Of a DNA stretch of 53,560 bases, positions 17,626-27,343 are shown in pieces; position 1 is the stretch's first letter; the number at the start of each line of letters is the position of its first letter. Source of the DNA: a virus (taxonomy: Duplodnaviria > Caudoviricetes). The position numbers were made by a program, and so were the translations under genes. The notes under the pieces were generated by a model. That model had not been told where the DNA came from. It saw only the letters and a program-made list of their open reading frames with translations, and searched no databases. Location of the stretch: positions 1 through 53,560 of IMG/VR virus record IMGVR_UViG_3300033182_000038. One strand, written 5' to 3'.

Positions 17626-18087
17626 ATGGCTACTTACACTGACTCCCTTGGCTTTAACAAGGGTTCTGCCGCACACGTTGCGGCTGGTGTTAACAAGGTC
17701 AGCTTGCTGAGCGTTGAGTTGGACTTTGCAGCAATTACTGCTGCTCGTGCTGCTGCTGGCGCTACTGCGTTGACCTCTGGTGACGTTATCGAGGCTCTGC
17801 CTATCCCGGCTAACACTATGGTGTTGGCTGTTGGTCTGGACGTGTCTACTGCTGAAGGCGGTACTCTTACCGTTGACGTAGGTGACGGTACTGACCCGGA
17901 TGGCTACCTTGACGGCGTTGACGCTAATGCTGTTGCGGGTTACGCAACTAACGCTGCTGCGGGTACTCCTACTGGCTTGGCTGGTGGTAAGTACTACAAC
18001 GCTGCGGACACCATTGACGTAGTAACCGTTAATGCTGCTGACGCGGCTGTAATGAAGCTCTGGGCTGTAGTCGTAGACTGCGCTTAA
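17626..18087 (+). CDS. Capsid decoration/cement protein
   Basis: A/G/T-rich beta protein after the capsid gene, strong RBS, before a terminator. Confidence 0.65.
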   Translation: MATYTDSLGFNKGSAAHVAAGVNKVSLLSVELDFAAITAARAAAGATALTSGDVIEALPIPANTMVLAVGLDVSTAEGGTLTVDVGDGTDPDGYLDGVDANAVAGYATNAAAGTPTGLAGGKYYNAADTIDVVTVNAADAAVMKLWAVVVDCA

Positions 18088-18096
18088 GTGCTGACG

Positions 18097-18121
18097 AAGG
18101 GGGGCTTCGGCCCCCCTTTTT
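18097..18121 (+). terminator. Intrinsic terminator
   Basis: GGGGGGC-ttcg-GCCCCCC-TTTTT. Confidence 0.9.
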
Positions 18122-18139
18122 CCTAAGAGGTTTTCTAAG

Positions 18140-18415
18140 ATGGCTGAGCGTTCAGACAAATCAAAGATGGCTTGTAACAAGCCAAAGAAGACACCTAACC
18201 ATCCTAAAAAGTCTCACGTTGTAAAGGCGTGTGCTAACGGTAAAGAGAAAGTCATCCGCTTTGGCGAGCAGGGAGCAAAGACTGCTGGCAAACCTAAAGC
18301 TGGTGAGTCTGACAAGATGAAAGCCAAGCGTGCTTCATTTAAGGCACGCCACGGCAAAAATATCGCTAAAGGCAAAATGTCTGCGGCATACTGGGCCGAT
18401 AAGGTAAAGTGGTAA
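18140..18415 (+). CDS. Lys-rich basic protein
   Basis: IRFGEQG..RASFKARH..SAAYWADKVKW, a recurrent small phage family. Confidence 0.8.
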   Translation: MAERSDKSKMACNKPKKTPNHPKKSHVVKACANGKEKVIRFGEQGAKTAGKPKAGESDKMKAKRASFKARHGKNIAKGKMSAAYWADKVKW

Positions 18416-18448
18416 AGTACTACGCAGCAACACTGAAAGGAGTGAGAT

Positions 18449-18685
18449 ATGCGTTATTTGCGAAATAAAGTTGACGGGACTATCTACGGCTGGAGCGAAA
18501 TCCTCGCTGAGAACCCTAAATGTGAGGAAGTAACCGAGGAACAGGCGTTCCCTGAGCGTTTTGTCCCTACCAAGCAGAAGGGTCGCAAGTCAAAAATTAA
18601 CCTGACTACTGAAGAAACTTCTGTTGAAGTTGACACAACCCCTGTAGAATTGGCTGAAGAAGCATCCCGAGGGCTACCTGAATGA
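18449..18685 (+). CDS. Hypothetical protein
   Basis: AAGGAG RBS; coupled to the next gene. Confidence 0.75.
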   Translation: MRYLRNKVDGTIYGWSEILAENPKCEEVTEEQAFPERFVPTKQKGRKSKINLTTEETSVEVDTTPVELAEEASRGLPE

Positions 18686-19326
18686 TCCTAGATGATGTAA
18701 TCACAGAGGTTCGGCGAATTCTGCAAGACACGAACTCGCCGTTGCGCTACAGCGATGCTGTGCTTTTGGGGTTTGCTAACCAAGCCCTAAAGCGCATTGC
18801 CGTTTTGCGCCCTGACCTTTTTGCTTACATCGGCGAAATCCCCTGCACAGCAGGGGCTGTCGTTCAATCAGCACCCTCAGACTCCATCCGTATCATGGAA
18901 ATTTACAACGTGAAGGGTGGGGACGGCGTCATCGAGGTTAACCGTGAGGCGCTTGACCAAGCGTACCCACAGTGGATGAATGACACCGCTGGCCCAGCAG
19001 TAAACTGGATGCGCCATGTGCGCAACAACAACAAGTTTTTTATCTATCCGAAAGCCCCCTCAGGTCAGATTCTGATTGGTGAATATGCCCAGACTCCGCC
19101 GGATTACGCCGGTGCTGACACCGTAGCCCTTCTTTCGGATGCGTATTTCCCAGTTGTAGTGGACGCTACTGTGTTCTTGGCAGAGTCTGTCGATAACGAG
19201 CACGTCAACTCCAACCGTGCTCAGCTATTCCAGAAATCGTTTACTCAGTCGCTCGGTGCTTCGGGTGCGTCGCGCAGTATTACCGATACTGAGGAGAGCG
19301 GCATGACAGACGATGAGGTTATCTAA
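18682..19326 (+). CDS. Head-tail adaptor (DUF6682-like)
   Basis: RRILQD...RYSDAVLLGFANQA..RPD; position after the capsid genes. Confidence 0.7.
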   Translation: MILDDVITEVRRILQDTNSPLRYSDAVLLGFANQALKRIAVLRPDLFAYIGEIPCTAGAVVQSAPSDSIRIMEIYNVKGGDGVIEVNREALDQAYPQWMNDTAGPAVNWMRHVRNNNKFFIYPKAPSGQILIGEYAQTPPDYAGADTVALLSDAYFPVVVDATVFLAESVDNEHVNSNRAQLFQKSFTQSLGASGASRSITDTEESGMTDDEVI

Positions 19327-19979
19327 TGGCTGACCGTACTTTTAACTCGGTGGTTACTAGACTGGCTCCTAGTGTGCCGGGGTGTCCTAACCCAATCATC
19401 GAGCAGTATGTTCGTGACGCAGCTATCGAGGCGTGTGAGCGCACTCTAGCGTGGCGGTACGAGCAGCCGATGATTAGATTGACGCCGGGAGCGTACGATT
19501 ACGCGTACGACACCCCGACGCAAGCTGAAGTGCATGCGTTCCTTACAGCGTCTATCAACGGCGCTCAAATCGAGCCTGTAACGCTAGAGCAGTTGCACGA
19601 CATGATGCCAGACTGGCCCAGCCGTGACCCGAATAAACGGGCTACTCCGCGCTATGTAACGCAGCTAGACCCGGATCATTTCTCTGTTGCCCCCCTCCCT
19701 GATGACGCAGTCGATTACGACATTAAGATGATCGTAGCGTTAAAGCCGCTGCGAACAGCTACGGGGATGGACAAAACGGTTCTTGATGAACTTGAGAACG
19801 TCATCATGCACGGCGCGTTGCAGCATCTTTTAGTGCTCCCAGACCGTAACTGGAGCGACCGAGAGCTGGCTGCTTACCACGCCAAACAATTCACGTTCAA
19901 ACTTACTGAGCGTCGGGCACGGGCGAATATCGGGGCATCTCGTTCTTCCCTAACTGTACAAATGCGTCCTTTCGCGTGA
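19326..19979 (+). CDS. Second adaptor/tail-associated protein
   Basis: VPGCP..IEACERT..W motif; TAATG coupling. Confidence 0.65.
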   Translation: MADRTFNSVVTRLAPSVPGCPNPIIEQYVRDAAIEACERTLAWRYEQPMIRLTPGAYDYAYDTPTQAEVHAFLTASINGAQIEPVTLEQLHDMMPDWPSRDPNKRATPRYVTQLDPDHFSVAPLPDDAVDYDIKMIVALKPLRTATGMDKTVLDELENVIMHGALQHLLVLPDRNWSDRELAAYHAKQFTFKLTERRARANIGASRSSLTVQMRPFA

Positions 19980-19986
19980 GGTTGAT

Positions 19987-20322
19987 ATGGCAGACGTAAT
20001 TAAGTTAGTTCAAGGCGACGCACTACCAGTAATTATCCTGACGTTGACCGATGATGTGACGCTGGCGGCTATCGACTTGTCGGCTGCTACGACTACTGTG
20101 AGCATACGTTTTCGTGAAATGGGGACTACTACGCTGTTATCTACTATTTCATGTACGAAGCCAAACGGCGGGACTGACGGTAAAGTCCAGTTTGATTTCC
20201 GTGGCGGCGTGTTGAATGTAGACCCGGGCGAGTACGAAGGTGAAGTCGTGGTTGACTTTAACGGGTCAGCGCAAACTGTATATGACCTGCTGCGATTTAG
20301 GGTGCGTGAAGACTTGACATGA
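19987..20322 (+). CDS. BppU-N-like Ig-fold virion protein
   Basis: LVQGD..P, GKVQFDF, GEYEGEV, FRVREDL. Confidence 0.6.
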   Translation: MADVIKLVQGDALPVIILTLTDDVTLAAIDLSAATTTVSIRFREMGTTTLLSTISCTKPNGGTDGKVQFDFRGGVLNVDPGEYEGEVVVDFNGSAQTVYDLLRFRVREDLT

Positions 20323-22115
20323 GAATACGGCTAAGCTACTCAGTTATACCGAGCATATCGGTAGCTTTGGCTGCCGGGACGGTTAGCGCCAGCGTAGTTG
20401 TAAACTCAATTTCTGCGGATACCCCCCAACCACCGACGCTACAGGCGTCTGTGTACGTCGTTCCGCTTGTCCCGTTAGCGGCTGAGAATGTTGTCGCATA
20501 CGACGACTATCCGGTTTTTGATATTGGCGCAGTAGCTACTGACGCCCCGGTAGTAACCGACGCAGATGAAAAAGACTTCGGGAAGGTATTGACTGACTCA
20601 GTGATCGTCACCGAGTCCACATTCAAAGTATTCACTAACCCGATTGACTTCGATCCATCAGACGACGATGTAGACCCGACACCTGTGACGATGTCGGACT
20701 CTGACGCTAAGACGCTGTCTCGCCCAGACGTGGCAGACGCGTTTACCATGTCAGATTTACACTACAGCAGCGTAGGCAAACAACTGACAACATCTTTAGC
20801 TACGCCTACGGATGCAATCAACGACTTTACAGTCGGTAAAGTTTTAACCGATTCAGTTACTGCGTCTGAAACAATCAACAAGTTTGATGTAACAACTGCG
20901 TACTCTGACTCGGTGTCAGCGTCTGAGGCTGACGCAAAAGTCTTTACGCACGGTGGGTTTACTGACACCGTTGATATGCTTGGGTCAAACATTAAGGCGA
21001 TCAATTCTTCGGTCGACTTTGATCCATCAGATGACGACGTTGATCCAGACCCTATTACGGCTACTGATGCTGTTAATACGCTAGGGGTCGGTAAAACCCT
21101 TACAGACGCTGCTACAGCGTCAGATACTGACGCTAAGAGCCTGACTCGCCCTAACGTTACAGATTCTGTGACAGCTTCTGAGAGCGACAGTAAGGACGTT
21201 TCAAAACCGTTCAGCGACTCTGTTGGCGCGACGGAAGGCATCAAGAACAACCCGGGCTTAGGCAAGACCGATACGGCGACAGCTACGGACACAATCACCA
21301 AGTTCGACCCACGGCTTAGTAAGACTGACACAGCGACGGCTACAGACGCAGTTAACACGTTTGCGCAGAACAAGGCTCTGTCTGATACGGTATCGATCAC
21401 AGATGTCGCAGTTAAAAACTTTACAGAGAACGTCGACTATGACCGCAGCGATGCTGACGCTGATGCCGACCCGGTTACGGCGACTGACTCCCCCGCGTGG
21501 ATTACCGGTAAAACCCTTACTGATGTCCTCAGTATGGCTGACGGGATTACGTTTAGCGCGGCAAAAGCACTAACAGATAGCGTTACTGCTACTGAAAGTA
21601 TTTACACGTTGCTCACCCTCGGTGAGTCAACCTATCTGTACCCAGACTATGTAGTGGCTTCAGACGGCTCAGGATTAGAGCAGATTGAGGGCTACCACAT
21701 TGGCGTGGGGCAGAACATTAGCCGCACACCTGACACACGCTACGCTGTGAATGGTGAGCTAGGTATGGTCAATGGCTCTCAGATTTTTGGGTACGGCTTC
21801 GACCAGATCAAGCGCAATCGCGGATTTATCCAACACCGCAGGTTCAGCGTTCTACACGGCACGGCTGCGATCAACTCCGAAACTAGCATGGTCAATAACG
21901 CCGTGCTATGGGGTGTTGAGACCGCCAATGTTCTGTACGAAAACTATACCGGTGTGATAGGTGGGCCGGGCCTTTTGAATGAGGCGCTTATGAACACCGA
22001 ATGGGTCACATATCCTGACCAAAGTAATGCTGGACTCGCTGTAAACTTCATTTATACTGATGCCAGTGACCGTACCGTTGGCGGATATACAGTCAACGAA
22101 ACCCCGATCTTGTAA
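20319..22115 (+). CDS. Asp/Thr-rich repetitive fibre-like virion protein
   Basis: About 18-aa repeats (GKxLTDSVTAS/TD) and three DFDPSDDDVDP-like inserts. Confidence 0.7.
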   Translation: MRIRLSYSVIPSISVALAAGTVSASVVVNSISADTPQPPTLQASVYVVPLVPLAAENVVAYDDYPVFDIGAVATDAPVVTDADEKDFGKVLTDSVIVTESTFKVFTNPIDFDPSDDDVDPTPVTMSDSDAKTLSRPDVADAFTMSDLHYSSVGKQLTTSLATPTDAINDFTVGKVLTDSVTASETINKFDVTTAYSDSVSASEADAKVFTHGGFTDTVDMLGSNIKAINSSVDFDPSDDDVDPDPITATDAVNTLGVGKTLTDAATASDTDAKSLTRPNVTDSVTASESDSKDVSKPFSDSVGATEGIKNNPGLGKTDTATATDTITKFDPRLSKTDTATATDAVNTFAQNKALSDTVSITDVAVKNFTENVDYDRSDADADADPVTATDSPAWITGKTLTDVLSMADGITFSAAKALTDSVTATESIYTLLTLGESTYLYPDYVVASDGSGLEQIEGYHIGVGQNISRTPDTRYAVNGELGMVNGSQIFGYGFDQIKRNRGFIQHRRFSVLHGTAAINSETSMVNNAVLWGVETANVLYENYTGVIGGPGLLNEALMNTEWVTYPDQSNAGLAVNFIYTDASDRTVGGYTVNETPIL

Positions 22116-22127
22116 TAGGAGCGAACC

Positions 22128-22568
22128 ATGATTCAAGATTCTGTAAAGCTGACCGGCGAACTGAAGATCACGGTCACAAACCCTGAAGGTAACGTAACCC
22201 ACGAGACCGTGGTTCCTAACCTTGTCGTTACCGTAGGTAAAAATTACATTGCTTCCCGCATGAAGGACGCGACCGCTACCGCAATGAGCCATATGGCGAT
22301 TGGTACGGATAACACCGCCGCCGCTGTGGGAAACACTGCACTGGGTACTGAAGCAGGCCGTGTTGCTCTGACCTCTACTACCGTGACTGCTAACAGTGTT
22401 GCGTATGTTGCAACGTTTGGCGCAGGCACTGGCACTGGTGCAATCACAGAAGCTGGTATTTTTAACGCTAGTTCTTCTGGCACACTGCTTTGCCGCACTG
22501 TGTTCTCTGTGATTAACAAGGGCGCAGCCGATACCCTCGGTATCACTTGGACTGTGACCGTTAACTAA
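22128..22568 (+). CDS. Virion structural protein (fibre-associated)
   Basis: NLVVTVG, HMAIGT, ITEAGIFN, RTVFSVINK motifs. Confidence 0.7.
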   Translation: MIQDSVKLTGELKITVTNPEGNVTHETVVPNLVVTVGKNYIASRMKDATATAMSHMAIGTDNTAAAVGNTALGTEAGRVALTSTTVTANSVAYVATFGAGTGTGAITEAGIFNASSSGTLLCRTVFSVINKGAADTLGITWTVTVN

Positions 22569-22579
22569 GGAGTTCGGAA

Positions 22580-23416
22580 ATGGGCGTTAAGTTTGCAAAT
22601 AACGGTTACGCTACGCTCGCCTCTAGTGTTGCTAGTAGTGATACGAGCCTAACTGTAACGAGTGGGCAGGGCGCTCGTTTCCCTACCCTAGCTGGCGGAG
22701 ATTATTTCTACACAACCCTAATTGACGCGTCGAATAACTTAGAGATCGTCAAATGTACTGCGCGTACAGGCGACGTTCTGACTGTTGTTCGCGGGCAAGA
22801 ATCAACTGCTGCGCGGTCTTACACTGCCGGTGATCGTATCGAGCAGCGTATTACGGCGGCTGCTTTGGGTGCGATTTACACTGAGGCTGTAGCTGATGCT
22901 ACTCCGGGTACGGACACTATTACGGCGGCCATGATTCAGGCTAACGCGGTCGGAGCTTCTGAGCTAAACGTATCAGGTAATGGCTCTTCTGGTCAGGCAC
23001 TTCTTTCTGATGGAGACGGCACGTTTAGTTGGGGTACGGGAGGCGACGCCTTCGGCACTGAGAACGGTACTTATACGAATAGCGGCACATTCTCGGGTTC
23101 TTATGGTGCAAATACATTGAGAACTGTGTCTATAGCGGCAGGCAGATATTTTATTCTTTTCACATCTTCGATAGCGGTTCAGTACCCAAGTGGTGACCCT
23201 GACGGTGTAACAGTTAAGTATAGAGAAGATGGTTCAGACGTAGTAACCCACGCCCACGAAGAAGATAGCGTTGGGCCAGTATCATCAAGAACTACGGTTT
23301 TTGTCCGTACTTTTTCTAGTTCAACTAGCGTAACAGTTTATGTTCCATCCGGCGGCGATGGTGACGGCGGCGGTTTGCACCTTCACACAATGTTAAAACT
23401 TATCAAACTAGACTAA
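22580..23416 (+). CDS. Tail fibre/receptor-binding protein 1
   Basis: N-terminal anchor (EIVKCTAR..LTVVRGQEST) shared with 23780; distinct C-terminal tip. Confidence 0.75.
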   Translation: MGVKFANNGYATLASSVASSDTSLTVTSGQGARFPTLAGGDYFYTTLIDASNNLEIVKCTARTGDVLTVVRGQESTAARSYTAGDRIEQRITAAALGAIYTEAVADATPGTDTITAAMIQANAVGASELNVSGNGSSGQALLSDGDGTFSWGTGGDAFGTENGTYTNSGTFSGSYGANTLRTVSIAAGRYFILFTSSIAVQYPSGDPDGVTVKYREDGSDVVTHAHEEDSVGPVSSRTTVFVRTFSSSTSVTVYVPSGGDGDGGGLHLHTMLKLIKLD

Positions 23417-23431
23417 GGGGAGGAGTAAATT

Positions 23432-23773
23432 ATGGCATATGATAACCCTAGATTTGTAGCACTCGCTCTTACTGACTTAGGTATCAAATCGTTTTCAATA
23501 GACGACGCTACAGGCAGTTACCAAGTCTTCGGTACTAACGACACCGCCCCATCTCAGTCTGAGTTTGAAACTGCCTATGACGCAGCGGTAAGCGGGAATG
23601 ACCTGCGTAGACTGCGAAAAAGACGAAATGCTTTATTAACAGCTACAGATTGGTGGGCTGGCTCTGACCACACAATGACTCAAGCTCAGACTGATTATCG
23701 TCAGGCGTTGCGCGATATAACAGATACCTACTCATCGCTAAGCGATGTTGTTTGGCCAACTAAGCCGGAGTGA
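23432..23773 (+). CDS. Tail fibre assembly chaperone
   Basis: LRKRRNALLTATDW...YRQALRDIT...WPTKP. Confidence 0.85.
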   Translation: MAYDNPRFVALALTDLGIKSFSIDDATGSYQVFGTNDTAPSQSEFETAYDAAVSGNDLRRLRKRRNALLTATDWWAGSDHTMTQAQTDYRQALRDITDTYSSLSDVVWPTKPE

Positions 23774-23779
23774 TAGATC

Positions 23780-24664
23780 ATGGGCGTAAAAGTCACGAAC
23801 AACGCTTACGGTACGCTCTCGACCGGTATTGATTCGAGTGCAACAACGATTACGCTTGACGGTGGTCAGGGGTCTCGTTATCCGTCACTTGGCGCTGGTG
23901 ACTACTTCTACGCCACGCTGATTGACACGGCTAACAACCTTGAGGTTGTTAAAGTAACCGCACGCTCCAGTGACTCTATGACGGTAGTGCGTGGGCAGGA
24001 CAACACAACTGCCCGTGCGTTTGCTATCGGCGACCGCTTCGAGCTTCGCCCAACAGCGGCTTTGTTTGAAGCTATCTATACGGAGGCGGTAGCAGATGCT
24101 GTCCCTGCGGATGGCTCCATCACCGCAGCAAAGCTGGCAAGCACATTGGACTTGTCCGGTAAGACGGTGACGTATGGGCTGACTGATTCAGATATGCCGT
24201 CAGGTGCGGTGTTGCAAGTGGTGCAAACCTATTTCAACACAAAGGTAGGGCTAACTGGTTCGGCTTATGTCGGGCTTGATGTCAGCATAACCCCAAGCTC
24301 TAGCACAAGCAAAATTTTGCTTATTGGCTCAATTGCTTTTGGTAAGTCTAATGTAAATGGCGCAGTAAAAATGCTGAGAAACGGCAACACGTTTATGCCT
24401 AATCTTGTAGGATCCTACGTGGGCGGTACAAATTCTAGTACAGGCGGTTGGAACACTGCTGACGATGGCGTAAGTGGAGACGGCGATTGGAACATCTCAA
24501 ATCAAAGTTTTGTATATTTAGACTCACCATCTTCCACTTCTTCTTTGCAATACCGCCTTTACTACTATGAGGCGGAGAACGGCGACTTATATGTAAATAG
24601 ACAACGTAACGACAATGGCGGCACAAGTTGCTCAGTTTTAATTGCCGTGGAGGTTGCAGGATGA
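23780..24664 (+). CDS. Tail fibre/receptor-binding protein 2
   Basis: Paralogous N-terminus; GAVLQVVQ..ITPSSSTSKIL..LDSPSSTS..EVAG tip domain. Confidence 0.8.
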   Translation: MGVKVTNNAYGTLSTGIDSSATTITLDGGQGSRYPSLGAGDYFYATLIDTANNLEVVKVTARSSDSMTVVRGQDNTTARAFAIGDRFELRPTAALFEAIYTEAVADAVPADGSITAAKLASTLDLSGKTVTYGLTDSDMPSGAVLQVVQTYFNTKVGLTGSAYVGLDVSITPSSSTSKILLIGSIAFGKSNVNGAVKMLRNGNTFMPNLVGSYVGGTNSSTGGWNTADDGVSGDGDWNISNQSFVYLDSPSSTSSLQYRLYYYEAENGDLYVNRQRNDNGGTSCSVLIAVEVAG

Positions 24665-24963
24665 TTTACGGAAAATTTGAAGCAATTAGGTCATTAAAAC
24701 CAGACGCAAAGTTTGCTGTTCGTGGTGATGATGTCGAATGGTTAGATGATAACCAAACAAATCCAACCGATGCCGAAATCCAAGCCGAACTCGTTCGTCT
24801 GCAAGCCGACTACGATGCAAAGCAATACGCTCGTGACCGTGCTGCTGAATACCCACCTGCCGCCGACTACCTTGATGGCATTGTGAAGGGCGATACCGCA
24901 CAGGTGCAGGCATACATTGACGCTTGCTTGGCGGTGAAGGCCAAGTATCCGAAGCCGGAGTGA
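24661..24963 (+). CDS. Fibre chaperone-like protein (XkdW-like)
   Basis: ATGA start at 24661; YARDRAAEYP...VKAKYPKP. Confidence 0.75.
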   Translation: MIYGKFEAIRSLKPDAKFAVRGDDVEWLDDNQTNPTDAEIQAELVRLQADYDAKQYARDRAAEYPPAADYLDGIVKGDTAQVQAYIDACLAVKAKYPKPE

Positions 24964-24964
24964 C

Positions 24965-25135
24965 ATGAACAAGACCCCGCTCCTCATGATGCCAGACGGA
25001 TCGTTCATACGATCTGCGGATATTCCTGAGGGGGCGATAGTTGTAGAAGAACCGGAACTCCCTGAGGAGCCTGAATTCAAAGTTTTCGATCAAACCGCTG
25101 CTGTCTTGGAGGCACAACGTGGAAATGCAGACTGA
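24965..25135 (+). CDS. Small acidic protein (56 aa, not in ORF track)
   Basis: MNKTPLLMMPDGSFIRSADIPEGAIVVEEPELPEEP...; GGAG RBS; fills the gap. Confidence 0.6.
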   Translation: MNKTPLLMMPDGSFIRSADIPEGAIVVEEPELPEEPEFKVFDQTAAVLEAQRGNAD

Positions 25136-25364
25136 TAATCACTGGCACTTGGACAAGCGCGTCCCTGTTGCGCTCATGGTCACGATGGTGTCATGGATCA
25201 TTGCTACAGTGTGGTGGGCGTCTGCGCTAACTAACCGCGTTGAAGTACTCGAAGAAATGGCACTTAAGAACAACTCGCTTGAGTCTAGGCTCGTGCGTAT
25301 TGAAGAAGGGCAGAACTGGATGAAACAAATCCTCCAGCAAATGGCTTCTAAACTTGACAAGTAA
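25119..25364 (+). CDS. Single-TM + coiled-coil protein (holin/antiholin-like)
   Basis: WHLDKRVPV, one TM, RLVRIEE coiled coil. Confidence 0.6.
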   Translation: MEMQTDNHWHLDKRVPVALMVTMVSWIIATVWWASALTNRVEVLEEMALKNNSLESRLVRIEEGQNWMKQILQQMASKLDK

Positions 25365-25373
25365 GGATCAATC

Positions 25374-25514
25374 ATGGCCTGTAAATCTAAAGCAGCACCG
25401 AAGAAGATGGCATACAAAACCGGCGGCGTTGTCTTTAAGCCATGTGCGGCGTGCAAGACTCCCGCTAAATGTAAAAAGGCGGGTAAATGCCTAACAAAAA
25501 GCTCGCGTGGCTAA
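25374..25514 (+). CDS. Lys/Cys-rich peptide (46 aa, not in ORF track)
   Basis: MACKSKAAPKKMAYKTGGVVFKPCAACKTPAKCKKAGKCLTKSSRG; TAAGGA RBS. Confidence 0.7.
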   Translation: MACKSKAAPKKMAYKTGGVVFKPCAACKTPAKCKKAGKCLTKSSRG

Positions 25515-26038
25515 CGCTACTTCCACTGCTTGTTAGCGCGGCGTACGCCGCTGACCCTATTGTTACCGAGTCTACCTCGGAGAGCACCGTTACGACTAAC
25601 GGTAGCATGACCACTACGGTCAAGTCCCCACCCCCTTCAGCAATTTCACCCCAGTTCAGCTCAGGGTCTAACTCAGACCTCTGCACCGTCGGCGCTTCTG
25701 GTGCAGTGCAGACGCAGATTCTAGGTATCTCGGTAGGCTCGACCTTTACCGAGGAGAACTGTATCCGCCTCAAGAACGCTAAGACGCTGTACGACATGGG
25801 GATGAAAGTCGCAGCAATCTCCGTGATGTGTCAGGACAAAAAGGTCTTTGACGCAATGATGCACGCTGGTACTCCCTGTCCATACGACGGCATGATCGGT
25901 GCTGACGCGAAGGCTGCGTGGAAGACCCACACTGTAGATCAACCCGAGGAAAACAAGGAGGAGCTAAATGCAGAGCAGAAACGCAACCGCGCTCTTGGCA
26001 TTATTGGCACTATGGTCGGCGCTTTCTTGGTCTTCTGA
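25487..26038 (+). CDS. Exported protein with Cys-clamped beta-hairpin and C-terminal hydrophobic anchor
   Basis: Signal peptide ...AAYA|ADP; 4 Cys; ends ALGIIGTMVGAFLVF. Confidence 0.75.
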   Translation: MPNKKLAWLTLLPLLVSAAYAADPIVTESTSESTVTTNGSMTTTVKSPPPSAISPQFSSGSNSDLCTVGASGAVQTQILGISVGSTFTEENCIRLKNAKTLYDMGMKVAAISVMCQDKKVFDAMMHAGTPCPYDGMIGADAKAAWKTHTVDQPEENKEELNAEQKRNRALGIIGTMVGAFLVF

Positions 26039-26843
26039 TTATGTCTTTGGGCAGTCTAATAATGCTGCTGCTGGGGGTAGTCCTTGGAGCATGTCTGGTT
26101 CTCTATTCTCTCTGGATTCAGTACAAGGACTGGACATTAACGGTGTCCTCTATAAGTACACCGCAGTCAAAAACCCAGCAGACCCAATGCAAGTCCACGT
26201 CCAGAACGAGGACGCAGTCAACGGCGGGTACATATTCCGCGAGACCGACGACTGGTCTGGGCTACCCGGGTCTACGATCAACAAGTTCACAGTTATCCCT
26301 AACATACCAATCAAGTACTGGGGCGCAGGGTCAATCGAGGTGGAAGGCGTAGGGCAGGTAACTGATCCAACCGTTATCTACTCGTATCGACTCAACCCTT
26401 GCGCTGGCGTACAGAACGACCCAGCCTGCGGTAATGTTATTGACCCCCTTAGCCTAGTCCCCAAGACAGAGGTCGAGGTGTACAACGCATTAGAAGATCC
26501 TAATGTAGCTAATGCTACGCAGGAAACTGACCGCGAAGTGTACGACGACAACGACGAGAAAGAAGATAAGCAGAAGGAAGACAAGCGCCGTAAGGACGGT
26601 GCTAAAGCTGCGGCAACAGCCGTGGCCTCAGCGGTCGGTATCTCGCAGGACGCGATGATTCAGGCTATGAATAGTGTTAATAATTTGACACCATACCTTA
26701 CAGCCACAATTCCCGGCGGGTCTTATGGGGACACTGTGGCGTTAATCGACTCCAAACTGCCGGAGAGTAGACAGGGTCTACGCAATGGCTTAGCCCAACA
26801 AGTCCTGCATAACCGCATGGTCGGCATGCAGTACGGGAGATGA
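25968..26843 (+). CDS. Exported protein (adhesin/tip-like candidate)
   Basis: Signal peptide ...ALSWS|SD; beta-rich domain, Cys pair, charged linker. Confidence 0.7.
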   Translation: MQSRNATALLALLALWSALSWSSDYVFGQSNNAAAGGSPWSMSGSLFSLDSVQGLDINGVLYKYTAVKNPADPMQVHVQNEDAVNGGYIFRETDDWSGLPGSTINKFTVIPNIPIKYWGAGSIEVEGVGQVTDPTVIYSYRLNPCAGVQNDPACGNVIDPLSLVPKTEVEVYNALEDPNVANATQETDREVYDDNDEKEDKQKEDKRRKDGAKAAATAVASAVGISQDAMIQAMNSVNNLTPYLTATIPGGSYGDTVALIDSKLPESRQGLRNGLAQQVLHNRMVGMQYGR

Positions 26844-27343
26844 ATATGAAAAGTGTCAAAATTCTGGTCGGAGTGTGTTTTCTTTCTGGCGTAGTACAGG
26901 CTGAGACCGTCACTATTACGGGTACTGTGCAGTCACGTTGCATCATCAACACGGACACGGTGGGTATTTATGGAAACCCTAACGCTTACACTCTTACTAC
27001 TTTACCTGCTGACGGGGGCGTGGTTCCTGTGGTGCGTTATGACGTGTCGCTCGCTGATGCCTATAAGGCTCGGATTACTCACCCAACTAGCTTTAGCACT
27101 AGCCCTTCTCTTAGTGACAGTGTGACGTGGACGGGTGCTACCGAGGTACAGCAGGTATCTGACGCAAACATGGCGGCGTACGAAACTGACAAGGTGACGT
27201 ATGACCAGACCACTGAGTACGACTTGACGCTGGCAGGCTCAACTTGGTTTAAGACCAGCTCGACTGCTGTCTACGGCGGCAACAAAGCCTTCCCCGGTGG
27301 TACTTACCGAGCGCTAGTGGTAGCGGAATGTATAGCAAAATAG
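26840..27343 (+). CDS. Fimbrial pilin-like subunit
   Basis: Signal peptide VQA|ETVTITGTVQSRC; C-terminal PGGTYRALVVAEC. Confidence 0.6.
   Translation: MNMKSVKILVGVCFLSGVVQAETVTITGTVQSRCIINTDTVGIYGNPNAYTLTTLPADGGVVPVVRYDVSLADAYKARITHPTSFSTSPSLSDSVTWTGATEVQQVSDANMAAYETDKVTYDQTTEYDLTLAGSTWFKTSSTAVYGGNKAFPGGTYRALVVAECIAK

Noticed and set aside
22580-24664. Diversity-generating retroelement or invertible fibre switch
   Set aside because: No reverse transcriptase or invertase, no near-identical TR/VR pair, and both genes have the same orientation.
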